Part shown: positions 61,056-64,000 of the stretch, in pieces
Layout of the letters: the number at the start of each line of letters is the position of its first letter
Position numbering within the stretch: the first letter of the stretch is position 1
Source: Aquiluna sp.
GTDB taxonomy: Bacteria > Actinomycetota > Actinomycetes > Actinomycetales > Microbacteriaceae
Direction of reading: 5' to 3'
Assembly: GCA_028095925.1 (NCBI GenBank)
Contig: JAOHCW010000003.1
Span: 3,470 to 67,469, forward strand
DNA length: 64,000 bases
Made by a program: the position numbers and the translations under genes
The notes under the pieces: model-generated
Told to the model about the DNA's origin: nothing
Databases searched by the model: none
The model's input: only the letters and a program-made list of their open reading frames with translations

Positions 61056-62203
61056 GCCAGGTGATGGAGTCTCTGAGGCCTAAGTTTCGTGCGCAGTCCC
61101 GACAGGGCCTGTTGCTGCTGGGCCTAAGTCTCCTCACTGCGGGCCTTGGCCTTGCGATGGTTGCCTCAGCATCGGCAATTGATAGCTTCAAGCAGACCGA
61201 CAGCGCGGCAACACTCTTTCTCAGACAAGGTGCCTTTGCAATTGTCGGACTGGTCGTGCTTGTGATTGCCAGTAATCTGCCGATGGGTTTCTATCGCAGA
61301 CTCAGCATGCCGATCTTGTTCGGTGCTTTAGGACTTCAGGTTGCGACTGTGCTGTTCGGTGCAGACATCAATGGAAACCGAAACTGGCTTGATCTTGGTT
61401 TTATATCTATTCAACCCTCGGAGTTTCTGAAGCTAGCGCTGATCATTGCTCTTGCCCAGGTATTTGCCCAGCTAGGGGCAAACGAGGAGCGCAATAGGCA
61501 GCTTTGGACGTGGGCCTTTTTGCTTTCGGCGGCCTCGCTGGTGCTGGTGGCGATCATGGGTCGAGACCTCGGCACCGGCGTGGTTATGGCTGTATTGCTA
61601 ATGGGCATGTTCCTTTTTGCGGGAATGCGCTGGCACACCTGGCTGCTGATTGCTGTTGCGGGCCTGGCCTCGGCCGCTGCGCTGATCATGTACTCGCCAT
61701 CTCGGAGAATTCGCTTCGAGGCCTGGTTGAATCCTGAGGGCGCAGATCCCATGGGTGTGCGCTGGCAATTTGAGCACGGCACCTGGGCACTGGCCTCGGG
61801 CGGTATCTTCGGCACCGGCCTTGGACGCTCGAAGCTCAAGTGGAGCTGGATCCCTGAGGTTGAGAACGACTTCATCTTTGCAGTAATTGGCGAAGAGCTG
61901 GGTCTGGTTGGTGCCGGTGCGGTAATCCTCTTGTTCCTCGCTATGGGTCTAGTTCTCTTTGCAATGGTCAGGCTTCAGACCGACCCTTTCAATCGCAACA
62001 TAGTTGTCGGCGTGATGTTCTGGATCGTGATGCAGGCGTTTATCAACATTGGCGTTGTCTTAGGTCTGTTCCCAGTGCTTGGAGTGCCGCTGCCGTTGAT
62101 CTCGGCAGGTGGCTCATCGCTTATTGCAACCATGCTGGCTATCGGTGTTGTTCTCGCAGCAGAGCGTGATCGCATGAGCCACCTCGGTCGCAGGAGAACC
62201 TAG
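61052..62203 (+). CDS. ftsW: SEDS glycosyltransferase FtsW
   Basis: IQPSEFLK, PE..NDFIFAVIGEELG, PLISAGGSS. Confidence 0.94.
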   Translation: MSQVMESLRPKFRAQSRQGLLLLGLSLLTAGLGLAMVASASAIDSFKQTDSAATLFLRQGAFAIVGLVVLVIASNLPMGFYRRLSMPILFGALGLQVATVLFGADINGNRNWLDLGFISIQPSEFLKLALIIALAQVFAQLGANEERNRQLWTWAFLLSAASLVLVAIMGRDLGTGVVMAVLLMGMFLFAGMRWHTWLLIAVAGLASAAALIMYSPSRRIRFEAWLNPEGADPMGVRWQFEHGTWALASGGIFGTGLGRSKLKWSWIPEVENDFIFAVIGEELGLVGAGAVILLFLAMGLVLFAMVRLQTDPFNRNIVVGVMFWIVMQAFINIGVVLGLFPVLGVPLPLISAGGSSLIATMLAIGVVLAAERDRMSHLGRRRT

Positions 62204-63280
62204 GTGAGGTTTCTGCTCGCAGGCGGCGGGACGGGAGGCCACGTAAACCCGCTGCTGGCTCTCGCAGAGCTACTTCGAAGTGAAGGGCACGAGGTGATAG
62301 CCCTTGGCACCGAGGAAGGACTGGAACAACGGCTCGTTCCCGAACGGGGGTTTGATCTAGTGACAATCCCCAGGCTGCCGCTTCCCAGGCGGCTTTCGCC
62401 CAGTGTTCTCACATTTCCGCTCAGGCTTCTCGCGGCTTCTTTCAAAGTTAGGTCCCTGATTAGAGCAAGAAACGTAGATGCGGTGGTGGGTTTTGGTGGC
62501 TACGCCTCCGCTCCTGCCTATCTAGGTGCCTGGTTTGCAAAGGTGCCCCTTGTAATTCACGAGGCAAATGCGATTGCAGGCTTTGCAAATCGCCTCGGAG
62601 CCAGATTTACCAAACACCGTGCCATCGCCTTTCCAAACTCCAATCTCGCCGGCGGCACTCTAACCGGGATGCCCATTCGCAAGGAGCTTGTCGAGGGCGC
62701 GCTCAGCTATGACAGCGGTCAGGCACGAGTAGAACTAGGTCTTGACCCGCTGCTCCCGACCCTTTTGGTTACAGGAGGATCCCAAGGGGCAAAAAGTATC
62801 AACGAGGCCGTGATTGCGGCATTGCCAGACTTCAACAACGCCGGGATCCAGGTGCTGCATATTGTCGGCGAAAAGGCGGGCCTCGAGGAGCTCAATACCG
62901 CTGGTTACCTGCGCCTTGCCTACTGCGACCGGATGGATGCTGCGATCGCAGCAAGCGATTTGGCAATCTCTCGGGCAGGGGCCTCGACCGTTAGCGAATT
63001 TGCGGCAGCCGGACTGCCCGCAGTGTTCGTGCCATACCCGGTTGGAAACGGTGAGCAGCGCCACAATGCCACCTCCGTGATTGATGCCGGTGGGGCAGAG
63101 TTGTGCGAAGACAGTGTCTTCAACGCCGAATACATCGCCGAGCGTGTCATTCCAATCCTGAGCCACAAGGCGACTCTCAAGAAGATGTCGGATGCCGCTA
63201 GATCAACTGGAATCCACGATGCGGCAGAGCGGCTGCGCGACATGCTTTATTCGGCAGTGGATACTGGTAGCGATGATTAA
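62204..63280 (+). CDS. murG: undecaprenyl-PP-MurNAc-pentapeptide GlcNAc transferase
   Basis: GGGTGGH, HEAN, GGSQGA, RAGAST, EQ..NA. Confidence 0.96.
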   Translation: MRFLLAGGGTGGHVNPLLALAELLRSEGHEVIALGTEEGLEQRLVPERGFDLVTIPRLPLPRRLSPSVLTFPLRLLAASFKVRSLIRARNVDAVVGFGGYASAPAYLGAWFAKVPLVIHEANAIAGFANRLGARFTKHRAIAFPNSNLAGGTLTGMPIRKELVEGALSYDSGQARVELGLDPLLPTLLVTGGSQGAKSINEAVIAALPDFNNAGIQVLHIVGEKAGLEELNTAGYLRLAYCDRMDAAIAASDLAISRAGASTVSEFAAAGLPAVFVPYPVGNGEQRHNATSVIDAGGAELCEDSVFNAEYIAERVIPILSHKATLKKMSDAARSTGIHDAAERLRDMLYSAVDTGSDD

Positions 63281-64000
63281 GCCCGACTACAGCCAAGAAG
63301 TGCCCAGCGACCTCGGCAAGGTCCATTTCGTGGGCATTGGCGGTTCTGGAATGTCGGGCATCGCAGGGCTGCTAATCGGCATGGGTCACACAGTTACCGG
63401 TTCAGATGTCAGGGAGAGTGCAAACATCGCCGCTCTTAGAGAACTGGGTGCAACGGTCACAATTGGTCACGACGCAGCTAACTTAGAAAACCCCGACACT
63501 GTTGTCGTCACCAGTGCGCTTTGGCCCACGAACCCCGAGTACCTGCTTGCCCAAGAGCTTGGCATTCCTGTGCTGCACCGCTCAGCTCTGCTGGCTCACC
63601 TTGCGTCAAAGGGCTCTTTGATTGCGGTCGCCGGTGCTCACGGAAAGACCACCTCCACCGGGATGGTCGTCACAGGCCTAAATCGACTCGGTGCCGACCC
63701 CAGCTTCGTAAATGGCGGGGTAATTCAGGAGTACGGCTCTTCTGCCGGTTTTGGTTCAGGTGAGCACTTCGTGATCGAGGCTGACGAATCCGACAGTTCT
63801 TTTTTGCACTACGACACCGATGTTGCGGTAATCACAAACGTTGACCCTGACCACCTAGATCATTACGGCTCGCTCGAGGCCTTTCAGGCCGAGTTTGCGA
63901 AGTTCGCTGACGCAGCTTCAAAGCTGGTTGTGATTTCTAGTGATGACGCAGGAGCGGTGGCAGTCAGGAAACTCCTGAAGCACTCGCGAATTCTTAGCTT
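63273..64000 (+). CDS. murC: Mur ligase MurC (3' truncated by window)
   Basis: manual translation MIKPD...[32 protein letters not shown]. Confidence 0.94.
   Translation, partial: MIKPDYSQEVPSDLGKVHFVGIGGSGMSGIAGLLIGMGHTVTGSDVRESANIAALRELGATVTIGHDAANLENPDTVVVTSALWPTNPEYLLAQELGIPVLHRSALLAHLASKGSLIAVAGAHGKTTSTGMVVTGLNRLGADPSFVNGGVIQEYGSSAGFGSGEHFVIEADESDSSFLHYDTDVAVITNVDPDHLDHYGSLEAFQAEFAKFADAASKLVVISSDDAGAVAVRKLLKHSRILS

Overview
Chromosomal segment of a streamlined actinobacterium (Microbacteriaceae, probably the Luna cluster, Aquiluna/Rhodoluna-like; inferred from gene order, rRNA and compact intergenic regions). Most of it is core genome: argF'-argH-tyrS, one rrn operon without ITS tRNAs, the tlyA-nadK-recN-pyrG-xerD-parA-scpAB-rluB-aroH-tyrA-cmk-der block, upp/metF/pgsA/garA/MerR genes, pyc, def, fadD, glk, plsC, class II DAHP synthase and the dcw cluster (mraZ to murC'). 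The notable region is an ~11 kb accessory island (24153-35200) at tRNA-Pro(GGG). Its first 7.7 kb is a tandem array of 1-2-gene cassettes. Each cassette ends right after a stop codon in a conserved ~170 bp element: a 12-bp direct repeat that is the reverse complement of the tRNA anticodon arm, 3+3 inverted GTTCG/CGAAC motifs at exact 10-bp phase, and the 3' half of tRNA-Pro starting at the anticodon loop. The tRNA fragments decay with distance from the tRNA and no integrase lies in the island. This looks like an integron-like, tRNA-anchored gene-cassette array mobilised in trans, loaded mainly with surface proteins. The repeats are seen directly; the mechanism is inference.
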